A stretch of 64,000 nt of DNA from Camelus ferus (lineage: Eukaryota): contig NC_045696.1 in assembly GCF_009834535.1 (NCBI RefSeq), positions 60,328,001 to 60,392,000 on the forward strand, in the 5' to 3' direction. Of this stretch, positions 37,501 through 51,254 are shown piece by piece (position 1 is the first letter of the stretch; every line of letters begins with the position of its first letter). The position numbers and the translations under genes are program-made. Below the pieces are notes generated by a model that was not told the origin of the DNA, searched no databases, and was given only the letters and a program-made list of their open reading frames with translations.

Positions 37501-38199
37501 CCTCGCTGGCCTCCATCTCATCTCCTGCTTGTCCATCAAGCTCTGACACCTCACAGTTCTGAGCAGGCATGAGAGGGCCCAGCAGAGACAGATGGGGTCC
37601 CAGACCTCCTTGATCTGAAGGAGAAGGGGAGCAGCAGAGGGTTCCTGGAGGAGAGCAATCCCACCACCTTCCTCCAAGGGTACGTGCAGGCCCAGGAAGA
37701 GCTGCGCCAGGGAAGAGCTCTTTGGAGCCTGGAACTCTGGGCTCAGATTTTGGCTGAGCCACTGGCTTTGTAATCTCAGGAAGGCTGTATAACCTCTTGG
37801 GGCTTTCACACTTCCTCATCTGTAAAATGGAAATAACCATCTCACCCATATTACCAGGTTGTTTCAAGAATAAAATGGAATAATATACGTAAAATCTCTG
37901 ACACGGTTGGTGCTCATGACTACACCTCCGCATACATCCGTTCACACAACTAAGTTGGTTTTGCTGTACGTATGGCCCTTCGCTGAGTGCTGGTCAAGTG
38001 GGAAACACAGAAGGAGGAGGAACAAGTCCTCCCATGCAGGGGCTAAGAGCCCCAGGCCTTGGCCCAAGCCCACTCCCAGGGCAGTGAGTTCCCTGGTCTG
38101 CCTGCGGGATTCCTGCCAGCCTGAGCAGTGAGGTGCTTGGCCTGTCACGTTTGGTTCTTATTCCACGGAGCTTGAGTCAGAATGCAGAGTGGAGCCTAC

Positions 38200-38385
38200 G
38201 TGAGCGGCGTTCTCCACCCTAGCTGCACATGGAATCATTTGGAGCCTTAGAAAATACAAACCAATCGCCACCCCCCACCCCCTACCACGGTGCAGATCAG
38301 CTTGGTCTGGCATGGGGCCTGCGATTCTCTTTTTTCCCTGAGGCTCCCCTGGAGCTTCTAATGTGCAGACAGGGCTGAGAACCCC
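38200..38385. mobile_element. hAT-Charlie MITE (MER5A-like)
   Basis: AGCGGCGTTCTCCACCCTAGCTGCACATGGAATCA...GCTCCCCTGGAGCTTCTAATGTGCAG..AGGGCTGAGAACC. Confidence 0.65.
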
Positions 38386-41300
38386 AGGGACAGAGGCTGG
38401 GATCCTCGTTTAAAGCGCTCATCAGCTGTCCTGAGAAGACACTGTTCCTCTCTGCTGGGCCAGGAAGGGGGCTGGGTATCAAGGCTTGGGTTCTTGAAAA
38501 TTACTTCACCTCTCTGGGCTGCTGTTCCTGCATCTGTGAGATGGAGAAAATCACCCTGCCCAGACCACAAGGTCATCCACGAGGGTCACGTGGGATGGTG
38601 TGTGTACAGCACCAGCTGCTTGACCACCTCCTAAGGAAAATGCAGACACCAGGACAACACAAATCAGTCCGCACGAAGGGGTCCAGGTTTCCTCCCAGAA
38701 AGGCCTCCAGGAAAGGCTCCCCGACCCTGAGAGGCCAGAAGACAAACAGCCAGAATCATGACTCCACACAGAGGCCATCCTGGGCACTGCAGGACCCTTC
38801 CAGGCAGGCCTCCCCAGCACAGCCACGAGGCCCTATAGCAGTGCCGCCGCACAGAGGGAGAGGAACCCGCAAAGAAGGTTTGGGAAGATGATTCTGCAGG
38901 GTCACGGTGGCAGCTGGGCCACTGTCTTCATCTCAGGAGAAGGGGGCCCCAGGAAGGGGCTGGCCAGGCAGATGTTCCGGAGTGAGGGTGTCGGCAGGCA
39001 AGTCTCCACCTGCTGGGCTGGGGCACACGAGGCTGCTGGGTGGCACCACCACCTTGCACTCAGTGTGCTCTTTCCTGCACAGACATTTACTGAACGCCTC
39101 CTGGATGCCAGGCACCAAGTTCTCCAGGAAGACCCCGAGGCCTCCCCTCAGTAATCCCAAGTGCAAGCCAGCTACAAGCTGCAGAGAGCAGCCAAGGACT
39201 TCTGTGTTCATGACACCCTCTGTGGACCAGGGGACGCTCACCTGAAGAGTCTGGGCTTTATTCCTGAGTAAAGAATATTCATCCTTAGCCCCCTTTGTAT
39301 GTTTGAAATTTTGTCAGAGAGAAGTGTTTTGTTTTTTTTAAGTACCAAACAGTAGAAAATGTCTCATCTGGTGAAATTAAATTCCATCTTAACAAACTTG
39401 GCTCTGTTGGCTTCAGAATCGGCCGAACAACTTCAGCCCATCCCACCATTTCATGCGCTCCCACACTGCTATGACTTCATCTCCAGCCCTGCCCACACCT
39501 CGCAGCCCCGGGCTGCCGCGTCTAGCAGCCGACCAGGCACCTTCATGCGGGCCCTGCTCGAATTCTTATGCTGACCTCACCCTCTCCTCCACGCCAGTTC
39601 CTGCGACCTACTCCTTCTAGGCCCCGTGCACAACACCACCAGTCAGCAGCCTGGCATCCCCTTGTCTTCTTCTCCTGCATCTTGTCTCACCATCTCCATC
39701 TCTTTAGTCTGTCCGTCTCTCCCTCCCCGAGGCCCTGCATCATCCCCAGATCACCCTAACAGCCTCTCAAATCAGGCTCCCGCCTCCATTCTGTATCCCT
39801 ATCTCACACCATTGATTCTCCAGACTGTGCCCAGAGCCATTTCTCTAAAATAGAACACTGAGGTCACGTTTCCCATGGCCCCAAGATAAAGCCCCAGTCC
39901 CTTAGCGTGGCAGACGAGGGCTCCATGAGCTGGCTCTGCCTGCTCCTCCCACCCAGGGCGCTCTCCTATAATAATGTACAACTCTCTTGGACCCTCGTAT
40001 AAGCCGCCCTTGCTGCAAGATTCACCTCCATCTCTTCTTCCTCTGGCTAAATCCTGTATTCCCCAACACTCAGCTCAGAGGGAATCTCCTCTGGAAAAGC
40101 CTTCCTGACTCTCAGGCTGGGATGAGAGCTCCCCCGATCCCTGGAAGCCCCCAGGTCCCCTGGGTAAACTGCGGTCATGGTACTTGCTACTACTTAGTAA
40201 TGGTTTACTTGTCTCCGTTTCCCATGACACCGGCGGCAATTAGAGTGAGTGAAATGGCACATGTCATAACGTGGATAAATCTCAAATATATGTTGGGTGA
40301 GAAAAGCAAATTGCCGAATGATTCATTCATCCACATTCAAATATTGATGAAGTGAAAGGATCCATCCAGTATGATTAAACGTATGTAAAATTTTCAAATA
40401 CTAAACAGTAGTAGAAATCAATGGTGGCTATCCACATGGGGGAGAAAAACGAAAACACAAAGGCAGGACAAACATCAGCCTCAGGATAGTGGTCACCCCA
40501 GGGAGGAGAGGGAGTGGATAAAAGTGTGGCTTAAACTATGCCTGTAATGCTTCATTTATTTTTATTTTTAATAGAGATCTGAAGCAAAACTATCCATGAA
40601 ATTTGGGGCTGGATAGATAAGTGTCTGCTATATCATTTCCTGTATATTTCAAATATTTCATTTTAAAAATTTTAATGAGGAACCAGAGTCTCAAATGCCA
40701 GCATGAACATCCCTGAGGGTCTGAGCAGACTGCTGCAGCCTCTCACCCCAGCTGAGCTCCATGACCTGGCTGCTGCTCTGCACTGGGCAGGAATGCAACC
40801 TGGAGACGTAAACATCACTTTTATCTTCGTTTTTACTGATGAGAAAACCAAGGCTCAGAACCTCTAACACTGCTCCGACCACACAGAGGCTCCTGGATTT
40901 CAGACCACGTCATCTGCATGTACCTTCTCCCCTAACTACTTCACCCAAGAGTGAGAACTTCGATTAAACAGAGCACAGTGGAGGGAATTTCAGAAACAGA
41001 AACAGAGTTGCATTCATATGTATTTATAAACCAGTGAGTAGATATATTGTGGGGAAGAAGAGGGTTCTGAGAAGTGCAAAGCTGGAGATACAACCAAAGG
41101 AGCAGCTGAGGGGGAGACCATGAAGCTTACTGAATGAAAACCAAGTGGGCTTGGATTTTGTCTTGATAGGCAACAGAAAGCTACTGGAGATGCTTAAGCT
41201 GGGGAATGGCATAAGCTAAGCACTGTTTTAGGACAAGAAATCTAACTTCAATATATAGGAGATGTTGGTTGGCTCTAGGAAATGTGTGGGAAGATTCTGG

Positions 41301-41852
41301 AGGGATAAAGTTAGATTTGGAAATCATCTTAGTAGCCCCCATAAGAAATGACCTCTGCTGATCTAAGGTGAGAGCTGTGGGGTTGAAAAAGATAGGAGGG
41401 CTTAAGCTAGACAGAGAAATAAAAGTTAAGATGAAGCTTTCCAGGTCTGGGCAAATGGTACAGACATTCAGAAGATAAGCTAATTATTTGCTTATTGGTT
41501 TTTTGTTGTTGTTGCAGGGTAAGAAGGAGAAGGTAAATAAAGAGAGGAGGAAGAAACTGGGTTCAGCTTTGCTTGTCAAGGTGATGCCCAGACATCCAGG
41601 CAGAGAGCCAACAGGAGCTGGCGCTATGGGAGTGAAGCTGAAGAAACCTGGAGAAGCATGTGAGAGCCACCCAAGCATCAGTGGTGGTGGAAGGCTCTCT
41701 GAAGAAGAGGGCACGAAGAAAAGTCCGACTGCAGAGGACAGACCCTGGTCCCCCTGCCCACATCAGGGGACAGGAGGCCTAAGAGGAGAGCCGAGATAGT
41801 GCCGTGTCTTACAAGAAATAGGAAGAGGCCATTTCAGATCAGCTCAGGTGGT

Positions 41853-42209
41853 TGCTATAGACTGAAGGTTTGTGTCCCCGCAAAATTCACATGTTGTAAC
41901 CTAACCCCCAGTGTGATGGCATTAGGAGGTGAGGCCTTGGGGAGGTGATTCATTCACAAAGGTGGAGCCCTTATGAATGGGATCAGAGCCCTTATAAAAG
42001 AGACCCTAAAGAGCTTCCCCTCTCTCTCTCCACGTGGGGACACAGGGAGAAGACAGCTGTCTATGAACCAGGAAGCGGGCCTGCACCACACATCAAATCA
42101 GCCAGTGCCTTGCACTCCCGGCCTCCAGCAGCGTGAGAAATCAATGTCTGTTGTTTATAAGCCACCAGCGTGCAGTGCTCTACTACAGCAGCCTGAATAG
42201 ACTGAGACA
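41853..42209 (+). mobile_element. MaLR solo LTR (MLT1A0-like)
   Basis: TG...CA termini (TGCTATAGACTGAA...GCAGCCTGAATAGACTGAGACA). 5-bp TSD GTGGT/GTGGC. Confidence 0.9.
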
Positions 42210-43576
42210 GTGGCCAAGGGTGCAAAAGGGTCAAGAATAAGAAATGAGCAAAGGTTCTGGATTTGGGGATCGAGAGATCAGTGAGACCTCAGGTAGAAGA
42301 ATTTTGCAGACAGCAGGGTCAGACTTGTGGGACCCACTCCTATAGCTCCTGAGCAGTGGCCCTGGCCTCCTCCCAGGGCAGCACAAGCCCCTCCCGCACC
42401 AAGCAGAACCAGCGCCCAGCTGCCCGCCCAGCACGAGGGCGGCTGGGCCCCGTCCAACGAGCCACCCCGAGGGAGGGCTCCGCAGAGCTGTGGCCGTCAG
42501 CAGTCTTCCTAGATGGCCACAAAGTTTAGCTTGGAGACACACTGTTTCATTTTTAAACGCAGAACAAAGAATTAAAATGTGCCACATGTCACTTTATTTT
42601 CTAAAATGTATTTTCTCTATATTTGCCTGACTTCTCCAGCAATAAAATCATTTTGGCATGACACTCATCTTACATAAATGAAAATATAATCCAAGAAAAT
42701 GGCATTTTAGGAACTCTAAGCCAAACAAATGCTTGCGTGTACCTTGTTTAAATTAAGTTGACATGTTACTTAGCTTTTTCCACTAATGGAGCTTTCTGTA
42801 TCTGCACAGAGCCTGGCGCAGTGAAGCACGTTTTGGAAGAGAAAAGCCAGGAGGTCGGAGAGGAAGAAGGGCCCGGGCTGCTTGCCCGTAGGCTAAGGAG
42901 TCAGGAGGTGCGGACATGGGGGTGAGAAGAAAGATCCACTGCACCAGAAAGCCTGGAGATGAAATGAGAGACATGGCACGGAGGCTCGAGATGGAAGGAT
43001 GAGCTATGACACAGTGGCTTGAGTGGAGGGGAGGACATGCCAGGCAAAAAACGTCAGACCAAATGAAATCCTGCCCCCTGACCAGGAGGCCCCCAGCCCC
43101 TTGCCCCACCTCCACCCTGCTCCCAGGACTGTGGCAGCCAGGCAGTCCCTGGCCGGAGACTGGAGAACTGTCTGGAGAACACGAAGTGCCCCCAGGGGAA
43201 ACACCTACAGAGACTGACATCTGGGAGGCTTCTGATGGAACAGCCCAGCTTGCCACAGGATCACCCCACAGGGATGCCCTCCTTCTCCCACAGCTGCCGC
43301 CCACTCGGAGAACTTCTAAGCAGCCTTTCAGCACTTCATTATTAAAAATGAAGAACAACCAAAGATTGTAAGAAAGCACTGAAGAAAGCTTGCAGCAAAT
43401 AACAAAGAGACCAGAACAAGATAACAGAGACAAAGAAGGCTGGAGAAAACCAGATGACGTAAAGAAAAGAAAATCTCAAAAGAAAAGAAAACCCCTACAA
43501 TTTATAGGCTGAAAGAGTCAAAAGGAGATATTATATCCATAAAACAAGAACAGGATGTGATTTTAAAATTAACAAT

Positions 43577-43662
43577 TGGACGTGGGTATAGCTCAGTAGT
43601 TGAAAGCATTCTTAGCATGTAGGAGATCCTGGGTTCAATTCCCAGTACCTTCATTTAAAACA
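43577..43662 (+). mobile_element. Camelid tRNA-derived SINE with 12-bp TSD
   Basis: GGGTATAGCTCAGTAGTT...GATCCTGGGTTCAATTCCCAGTACC. Exact TSD AAAATTAACAAT at 43565-43576 and 43663-43674. Confidence 0.9.
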
Positions 43663-44139
43663 AAAATTAACAATCAGAGAACAGCAAAGAGCTCTTGGAA
43701 ATTAAGAATCATCAAAACAAAAAAATTCAATTAAAATGGTGGAAGTAAAGGTAAGGAACTCTCCCATAAAGTAAGGAGGGGAAAAAAAAGCAATAAACTA
43801 CAGAAAAAAGAAGATTAGAAAAATAACAGAAGGTTCAAACCAGGAGCTCCAACATCCAACTAGTCAGAATTCAAGAAAATTTAAAAAAACAAACAAAGCC
43901 AGAAAAAACAAAGGAGAAGAAGTTGTCAAAGAACTCTGCAAATTCCAGATGGAAAGCGCCCAGGCCAATTGAGAAAAATTTCATTATGCAATTTAAAACC
44001 TCAGAGTAAAAGGAACATTCTAAGCACTTTGAGAAGAAACAGTTTACCTCCCCAGATCAGAAATCAGAACAGCACCAAACTCCTAGGTGCCACTGAATGG
44101 CAGAAGGTAGAGCAACAGTGACTTCAAAATTCTAAGGTT

Positions 44140-45061
44140 CCTGACTTCACGTTCACTTCCCCACACCAAGCATTCTCTGGCAATTCGGCTCAGGATCCTA
44201 TATTCTGACACTATCTACTCGGAAGGAGCGTCAGGTCCCACAACTAAGGGCTCCGTCCTACAGGACTGCCCCCTCCTCTTCCGATGGCAATCACAAGGCC
44301 AGGCTGTCACCCATGCTTCTGACCCCCAGGCTGTAAACTCAAGGTTCTGAAGATCCCCTTCTTGGATTCCGTTAACTTGCTAGAGTGGCTCAGAGAACTC
44401 AGAGAAACACGCGTCTCACTAGATCACCAGTTTATTACAGAAGGATGTGACTCAGGAACGGCTGGGTAGAAGAGATGCCCCAGGGCAAGGCATGGAGCTT
44501 CCACGCTCTCCAAAAGCCCCTCTCCAACACCTCCGTGTGCTCACCAGCCTGGAAGCCCTCCAAACCCAGTCCTTTCGGGTTTTTATGGAGGCTTCGTTAC
44601 AGAGGCATGGTTGATTAAATCTTTGGTCATTGGTGTTTGGACTCAATCTCCAGCCCCTCTTCTCTCCCCTGAGGTAGGGGAGGGAGGGTGACTGACATTT
44701 CCAACACTCAAACCACAAGGTTGGCTCCACTGGCAACCAGCCCCCATCCTGAGGTACTCTCCAAAAGTCACTTCATTAACATAAAAAAGACACCTTATAG
44801 TTCTTTTTATTTATTTATTTTGGGGGGGGAGGTAATTAAGTTTGTTTGTTTGGTTGTTTGCTTATTTATTTATTTAATAGAGGTACTGGGGACTGAACCC
44901 AGGACCTCATGCATGCTAAGCACACACTCTACCACTGAGCTATACCCTCCTCCGACACCCTGTAGTTCTCATCACTGGAAATTCTAAGGCTTTTAGGAGC
45001 TCTATGCCAGGAATGGATGAAGACCAAATATATATTTCTTATTATAAATCACAGTATTACA
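44140..45061 (-). mobile_element. MER21-like LTR (SINE inserted at 44805-44953)
   Basis: Reverse complement begins TGTAATACTGTGATTTATAATAAGAAATATATATTTGGTCTTC. Homologous to the plus-strand copy at 61599-62680 (e.g. GAAGCCTCCATAAAA, CTCTAGCAA.TTAA). Confidence 0.82.
44805..44953 (-). mobile_element. Camelid tRNA-derived SINE with 16-bp TSD, inserted in a MER21-like LTR
   Basis: Same SINE head on the minus strand. TSD GACACCTTATAGTTCT (44789-44804) vs GACACCCTGTAGTTCT (44954-44969), 2 mismatches. Confidence 0.92.
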
Positions 45062-45381
45062 TAAGGGAAAAGGATTTTCAGCCTAGGACTTTGTATCTCC
45101 TACCAATCAGACATGAAAGTAGAAAAGTGACATCTCCATCACAGACAGCAGAGGATGATTTGGGATCCAGACAACAGACCAACACCTGGGAGCCAGGAAG
45201 GCAAATACCAATACCACAGCTGTGACCCAGGCCGTCCAGACAGGAGAACAGTGAGGGGGAGGTCTCTAAGAGACTCCAGGGGGCACTAGGAAGAGAGGCC
45301 ACAAGCATTTGAACGCTCTATGGAGCATTTTTTAAAACAGTGATAATCACTCGGAAAATAAAGCAAGTGAAAAAAATGGAA

Positions 45382-45841
45382 TGTAACAGTTTGAATGGTG
45401 GCCCCTCCAAAAGATATGTCCATGTCCTAATGGTGGGGATCTGAGAATGTGATCTCATTTGCAAAGAAAAAAGGTCTCTGCAGATGTAATTAAGTTAAGG
45501 ACCCTGAGATGAGGTCAGCCAGGATTATTCAAGTTGGACCTATTTCCAGTGACAAGTTGGCCTTATAAGACACACACAGAGGAGAGGTGAGAGGAGACGC
45601 TATATAAAGTCAGAGGCAGAGGTTGGAACGATGCAGCCACAAGCTAAGGAACTCCTGCAGCCAGGAGAAGCTGGAAGAGACAAGGAAGGATTCTCTGCCA
45701 TAGGCTTTGAAGGCAGTGTGGCCCTGCTAACACCTTGATTTCACACTTCCAGCCCCAAGAATGGTGAGCGAATAAAGTTCTATTGTTTTAAGCCACCAAG
45801 TTTGTGGCAATCTGTTAGGGCAGCCCTAGGACACTCATACA
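45382..45841 (+). mobile_element. MaLR solo LTR (MLT1C-like)
   Basis: TGTAACAGTTTGAATGGTGGCCCC..AAAAGATATGTCC...AATAAAGTTCTATTGTTTTAAGCCACC...GCAGCCCTAGGACACTCATACA. Confidence 0.88.
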
Positions 45842-45929
45842 CGGAGTAAGTTTGATTTTAGGAAAAGCCGAAAAGATACAAGAAGAAAGCAATCAGGCTA
45901 CACAATGTGGCTCAAAAATGAGTATTTTT

Positions 45930-46780
45930 ACTCTATGTATTACTTTATTACATATAAAAATTAACTTTAGAAGAACAAATGACATGTCAGAAAATTTTTT
46001 CAACATACATAACAAACATTGTCTAGTGCTAATATAATGCTAAACAAATATTTGTTTTATGCTGAATTAATTAATAAGGTAGAAGAGCTATTAATCATTA
46101 AAAAGTAAGACAACCTAAAAGAAAAACAGGGAGAGTACAAACAATTCAAAGAAAAAGAAATACAAGAGGCAACAAAAACATGAGAAAAAATGATCTTCAT
46201 TAATGATTGAAGCAAAGCAAATTTTTAAAAGGATCACAATTTTTGCTCATCACATGGCAGAAATTTAAAAGACTGACCATATCCAATATGGTCAAGGGTA
46301 AGGGGAATCAGTATCTCTTACATACTGTCAGTGGGAGTGCAGAATGAGACAACGTTATTGCAAGGCAGTTTGGCAGAACCTCACAAAATATTAAATGTGC
46401 TTGACCTCTCTCCTATGAATTCTACTGATAAGCCTTGATCCTCCAGAAATAATCCTTCAGATTTTGTCCAAGGATATGCATGTCAGCAACTTGTAATAGC
46501 AACAAACTGGAAAAAAACCTAAATATCCATCAATAAATTAATGTTTTATACGGACTATGGAGCACTATGCAGGTACTGAAAAAGAATGAGGGAATCCTAA
46601 ATGCACTGACATTGCAAGATGTCCATGAGACATTATTGGTTGGGAGAAGAAGAGCAAAACAATGCAGAATTACATTTTCACAAAGAACTTTGTTTATGTG
46701 TTTATGTATGGGTATGTGAGCAGGCAGTGCCTGTACATGTATAGAAAACAGACTGGAAAGACACCAACCTCTTGTGTTTG
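45930..46780 (+). mobile_element. Ancient L1ME-like 3' region
   Basis: Decayed L1 motifs CTCTTACATACTGTCAGTGGGAGTG, GCAAGGCAGTTTGGCAG, AACTGGAAAAAAACCTAAATATCCATCAATA. Confidence 0.65.
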
Positions 46781-46801
46781 TTTTCTGATTTTAAAATTAA
46801 T

Positions 46802-47352
46802 TGCAGTGTTTTTTAGACATGTCTGCAAATTCTCTGACACGTCTTCATTCAAAAGGTGGAAACTAAATCCCCTCCCTTTGAATGAGGGCTGGGCCAAGTA
46901 ACCTGCTTCTAACAAACAGCCTGGGGTAAAAGTGCTGCTGTGTGATTTCTGAGGCAAGATCATTAAAAGACAGCACCATCTCTCGCTCTCTCCACGCCCT
47001 GCTCAACCCCCCAGCCTCCCTATATGCTCTTGGGAAATCCAGTCACCCACGACTTGAGGACTTAAGTAAGCAGCTCTCAGGAAAGGACCACATGGAGAGG
47101 AACCGAGGCCTCCTGCCAACAACTAATACCAATGAGCCAGTCAGGTCCTCCAGCCCCAGTCAAGCCTTCACATGACTGCAGCCCCTGCTGACAACTGCCC
47201 AAACCTCATGAGAAAACCCTGAGCCAGAACCATCAGCCAAGCCATACCAAAATCCCTGGCCCACAGAAAAGGCAACAAATAATACATGTTTACTACTGTT
47301 TTGTGCAACTATGTTTTGTGGTAATCTGTGTCACACAATGGCTAATGAATAC
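46802..47352 (+). mobile_element. MaLR solo LTR (MLT1G/H-like)
   Basis: CAAATTCTCTGACAC...CCCCTCCCTTTGAAT.AGGGCTG...CAGCCCCAGTCAAGCCTTCACATGACTGCAGCCCC...CTAATGAATAC. Confidence 0.8.
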
Positions 47353-47574
47353 CTATGCCGACCTCCTCTGGAGAAAAGTGGGGAAATGGCGGGGGCGGGG
47401 GGGGGGTTTGTTTGTTTTGCTTTGTTTTTGCTTTCTACATTTTTACTTCATACATTTAAGATTGTTTGAATTTTGAAAGTCATTTATATTTAAAGAAAGG
47501 GAGGAAAAAGAGAAAATTAGGCTTAAGTGTATTTTTAAAACATTTTTTTCCTGACCTTAAAAATAACACTAGTG

Positions 47575-48090
47575 AAAAGGAACAAAGTTGGAGGACTGAC
47601 ACTACCCAACGTCAAGACTCACTGAAAAGCCATAATAATCAAAACAGTGTGGTATTAGGGAATAGACCAATGACATTCTGGAGAAAGCAAAATCTATAGG
47701 GACAGAAAAAAGATCAGCAGTTGCCAGGAGTTGGGGGGTAGTAGTGGGGGAGGGGGATGAAACAGTTGGAGCACAGGGATTTTTAAGACATTAAAACTAC
47801 TCTGTATGACACTGTAATGGTGGACACATATCATTATACATTTGTCAAAACCTCTAGAATGTACAACACAAAGGATGAATCCTCATCTAAACCATGGACT
47901 TTAGTTAATAACAATGTGTTGCTACTGGTTCATCGAGTATAACAAACGTATCACACTGACGCAAGCTGTTAACAGAGGAAGCTCCTGGGCAAGGAGAGGG
48001 GAAGGGTCTGGGGACTTCTGTACTACCTGCTGACTTTCTGTAAACCTAAAACTGCTCCAAAAACTAAAGCCTGTTGATTATTTTTTTAAG
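47575..48090 (+). mobile_element. Old L1 (L1MC-like) fragments / 3' end
   Basis: ACTCTGTATGACACTGTAATGGTGGACAC...CATTATACATTTGTCAAAAC...TTTCTGTAAACCTAAAACTGCTC. Confidence 0.75.
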
Positions 48091-49964
48091 GTGGCACTAA
48101 CCAATTGAAGGAAAAGTGGAAATAAGATAATACAGCCCCCATTATCTCAGCCAACAGACAAGCCCTGCTTAGTACAGTTCCTTCCAGTCTCTCTTCCAGT
48201 CATTTTTTTCAGATGTCCATGTGTACGTCATTTTTTTTTTAAAGAGTTGAAATCATTCTGCTAAATCCATTCTGAAGGCTTATGGTCTAGTTTCAGCTTG
48301 GGTTTTTAACTGCAAAGAAAGTAGCCCATATAAAACACCAGTGATACCAAAAACAGATTCTAGAGGGGCCAGTTGCTATGGGAATGATTGAAAATACATT
48401 TCATTTCACACTACACCCTGGTAATGTCCTGACCAGAAGGAAAGAGAAATATTTGGAGTAAGTCAGAAGAGCAGCCAAGAAAACTTCTAGTCGAGAAGGA
48501 AAACACATCAGCCTGTGGAGGTTCCAAAGAAGCCAGTAGCCGTCCCCCTGCAACTTAACTAACCATGCTGTTTCAGCAACCATGCCGACAGGGGAAAGGC
48601 CCCGGGAATGGAGGCTGGAGCGCACTCCCTCTCTCTCCTCACTGACAGTTTGATGGCCAAACAGCCAGCAGGTCTCTCTCAGGATGTGGGCTCTCTCTGC
48701 AGTGGGGTACAAAGCCAGGGGGAAAAAATCACTCCTTCCCTCCAATGGAGATGCTCCTAATGTTCAGCCAGCTGCAAGGCCCAGGCTTGGAAGGATCGTT
48801 TGGACACGGCATTGGCCCTTAGCACTGGAGCGGGTCCTGGGGGCCCCTGCTGTACAGGGGTTAAGACTTTAGATGTTTGATCATGGAGCGGTCTGGAGGT
48901 ACTGGAGGCCGGACCAGGATGCCAGAGGGTGAGGGGCACTTAGCAAGCTCAGAGCAGTGACTATTTTCCCACAGAAGAATTTTAATATATGAAAAAGTAA
49001 TAAGGCCAGATCAGTGTGTACCAACTAAATTATGACCTTCCTGCAATCAACATTTGTCTGAAAGACGAGATTGTTTAGAACACACACCAGGGGCAGCCTT
49101 GAAGGGGAGAAGCCGAGCTGCTAAGACAGTCCGTAGTGTTCCCCTCTCAGGGAACAGCTCAGCTTTACAGTCAAATAGATCCAGTTTCATTCCCGGCTCT
49201 GCAATCCCCACTCTCCTCATCTGTAAAATGGGTGTGATTTTACTACAGCTCCCATGAGGTTACCATAAGGCTTACATGAGATAAGCCATGTGAGGTGCTA
49301 AGCACAGCACCTGAACAGAAGTGCTCATCAGATACAGCTGCTGTCACTGCCACCACCATCAGAGCTCTGTGCTCCAGAGCTCCTTTATTCTGTATTTCTT
49401 TTTTAACATCACTGTGGCCCCATCTCCCTTTCTCTGTTCATATTCCAACATAGATGCCTGGCACTATTACCATTAAACAGACAGAATCTCCAAAGTGTGA
49501 AATATCAGGCAATTACCTTTTTCCTACAGCATCCCAGATTTCATTCTGTACTCTGGGGAGAAACAGACTTTTGACGCCAAACCATCCCAAATCAAAGTTA
49601 ACAAACAACAAAGTTATGGACACTTTGGGTAACAGTTTCCCACTCAAAGCATAGGATATAGGATTAGAGTTGCCAAGCATCCTCAAGGCGGAGGAAAACC
49701 CAGGGTTGGAGTAAACAGTGATGACTGAGTACCAATATATCACACAATTTCTTGATGGTGCAAGAGAATACCTGGCTGCTTGTTTTCTTTCTCTAAGCTT
49801 AGATGCGTATTTTTGTTTTGAAAAAAAAAAATTGAAAACTAGAGATAAACACACATATATCTGTCTCCATCTCCCAGAAATGACAACTGTTAACATTTGT
49901 TATATTTGCATCACATCCTTTTTTAAAAAGAAACAAAATACGACTGATAAAATTAAAATCTCTT

Positions 49965-51254
49965 ATTAGAACATTCTCTAACACCATACACAAAAATAAA
50001 CAAAATGGATTAAAGACCTAAATGTAAGACCAGATACTATAAAACTCCAAGCGGAAAACATGCAGAACACTCTTCAACATAAATCACAGCAACATTTTTT
50101 TCAAACCAGCTCCTGGAGTAATGGAAATAAAGGCAAAAATAAACAAATGAGATCTAATGAAACTTAAAAGCTTTTGCACAGCCAAGGATACCATCAACAA
50201 AATGAAAAGACAACCTACAGAATGGGAGAAAATATTTGCAAATGATGTGACTGACAAGGGACTAATTTTCAAAATATACAAACAGCTCATACAGCTTAAT
50301 ATCAAAAAAAATAACAAAACAAATAAACAACAACAACAAAAAAACCAAGCAGCCCAATCAAAAAATGAGCAGAAGACCTAAATAGACATCTCTCCAAAGA
50401 AGACATCCAGATGGCCAACAAGCACGTGAAAAGATGCTCAACATCACTAATTGTTAGAGAATTGCAAATCAAAACTACAATGAGATATCACCTCATACCA
50501 GTCAGAATAGCCATCATGAAAAAAGTCTACAAATGATAAATGCTGGAAACGGTGTGGAGAAAAAGGAACCCTCCTACATTGTTGGTGGGAATGGAAATTG
50601 GTGCAGCCACTACAGAGGACAGTATGAAGATTCCTCAAAAAACTAAAACTAGACTTACCATATGATCCAGCAACCCCACTCCCAGGCATATATCCAGAGA
50701 AAACTCTAATTCAAAAAGACACATCCACCCCAATGTTCACAGCAGCACTATTTACAGTAGCTAAGACATGGAAACAAACCGAATGTCCATCGACAAATGA
50801 TTGGATAAAGATGAGGTATACATATATACAATGGAATACTATTACAGTCATAAAAAAGAATAAAGTAATGTCATTTGCAGCAACATGGATGGACCTGGAG
50901 ACTGTCATTCTAAGTGAAATAAATCAGAAAGATAAAGAAAAATACCATATGATATAGGTTATATATGGAATCTAAAAAAAAAGGACACAAATGGACTTAT
51001 CTACAAAACAGAAACAGACTCACAGAACAAACTTATGGTTACCAGAGGGTAAAGGGGGTGGGAAGGGATAAACTGGGAATTCAAAATTTGTACCTCTGAG
51101 GCAGTGATGGAAATGTTAGCTATCTTGATTGTGGAGGTGGCTTCATTGATACATACATCTATCAAAATTCATCAAATTGTACATCTGAAATATGCAGTTT
51201 ACTGTACAGGAACCAGACCACAATAAAGGTGTTAAAAATTAAATTAAATTTAAA
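49965..51254 (+). mobile_element. 5'-truncated, relatively young L1 (ORF2 C-terminus + 3'UTR), disrupted by frameshifts and stops
   Basis: ORF fragments [29 protein letters not shown] and MFTAALFTVAKTWKQTECPS are typical L1 ORF2p C-terminal sequence. AATAAA at 51222. TSD AAAATTAAAATCTCTT (49949-49964) / AAAATTAAACTCTCTT (51254-51269). Confidence 0.93.

Larger units (their letters stand above)
43180..45370 (+). mobile_element. Ancient L1M ORF1-region remnant interrupted by a SINE and an LTR
   Basis: ...GACTTCAAAATTCTAAGG (~44137) resumes as TAAGGGAAAAGGATTTTCAGCCTAGGACTTTGTATC (45062) after the LTR. Homologous to 33100-33160. Confidence 0.65.

Noticed and set aside
42783..43433. 216-aa minus-strand ORF
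   Set aside because: Partly antisense to a decayed L1 remnant, no protein-like features.
43577..43662. tRNA-like A/B boxes (also at 2879-3021, 11099-11203, 44805-44953)
   Set aside because: SINE heads with A-rich tails and, in two cases, TSDs. Not tRNA genes.
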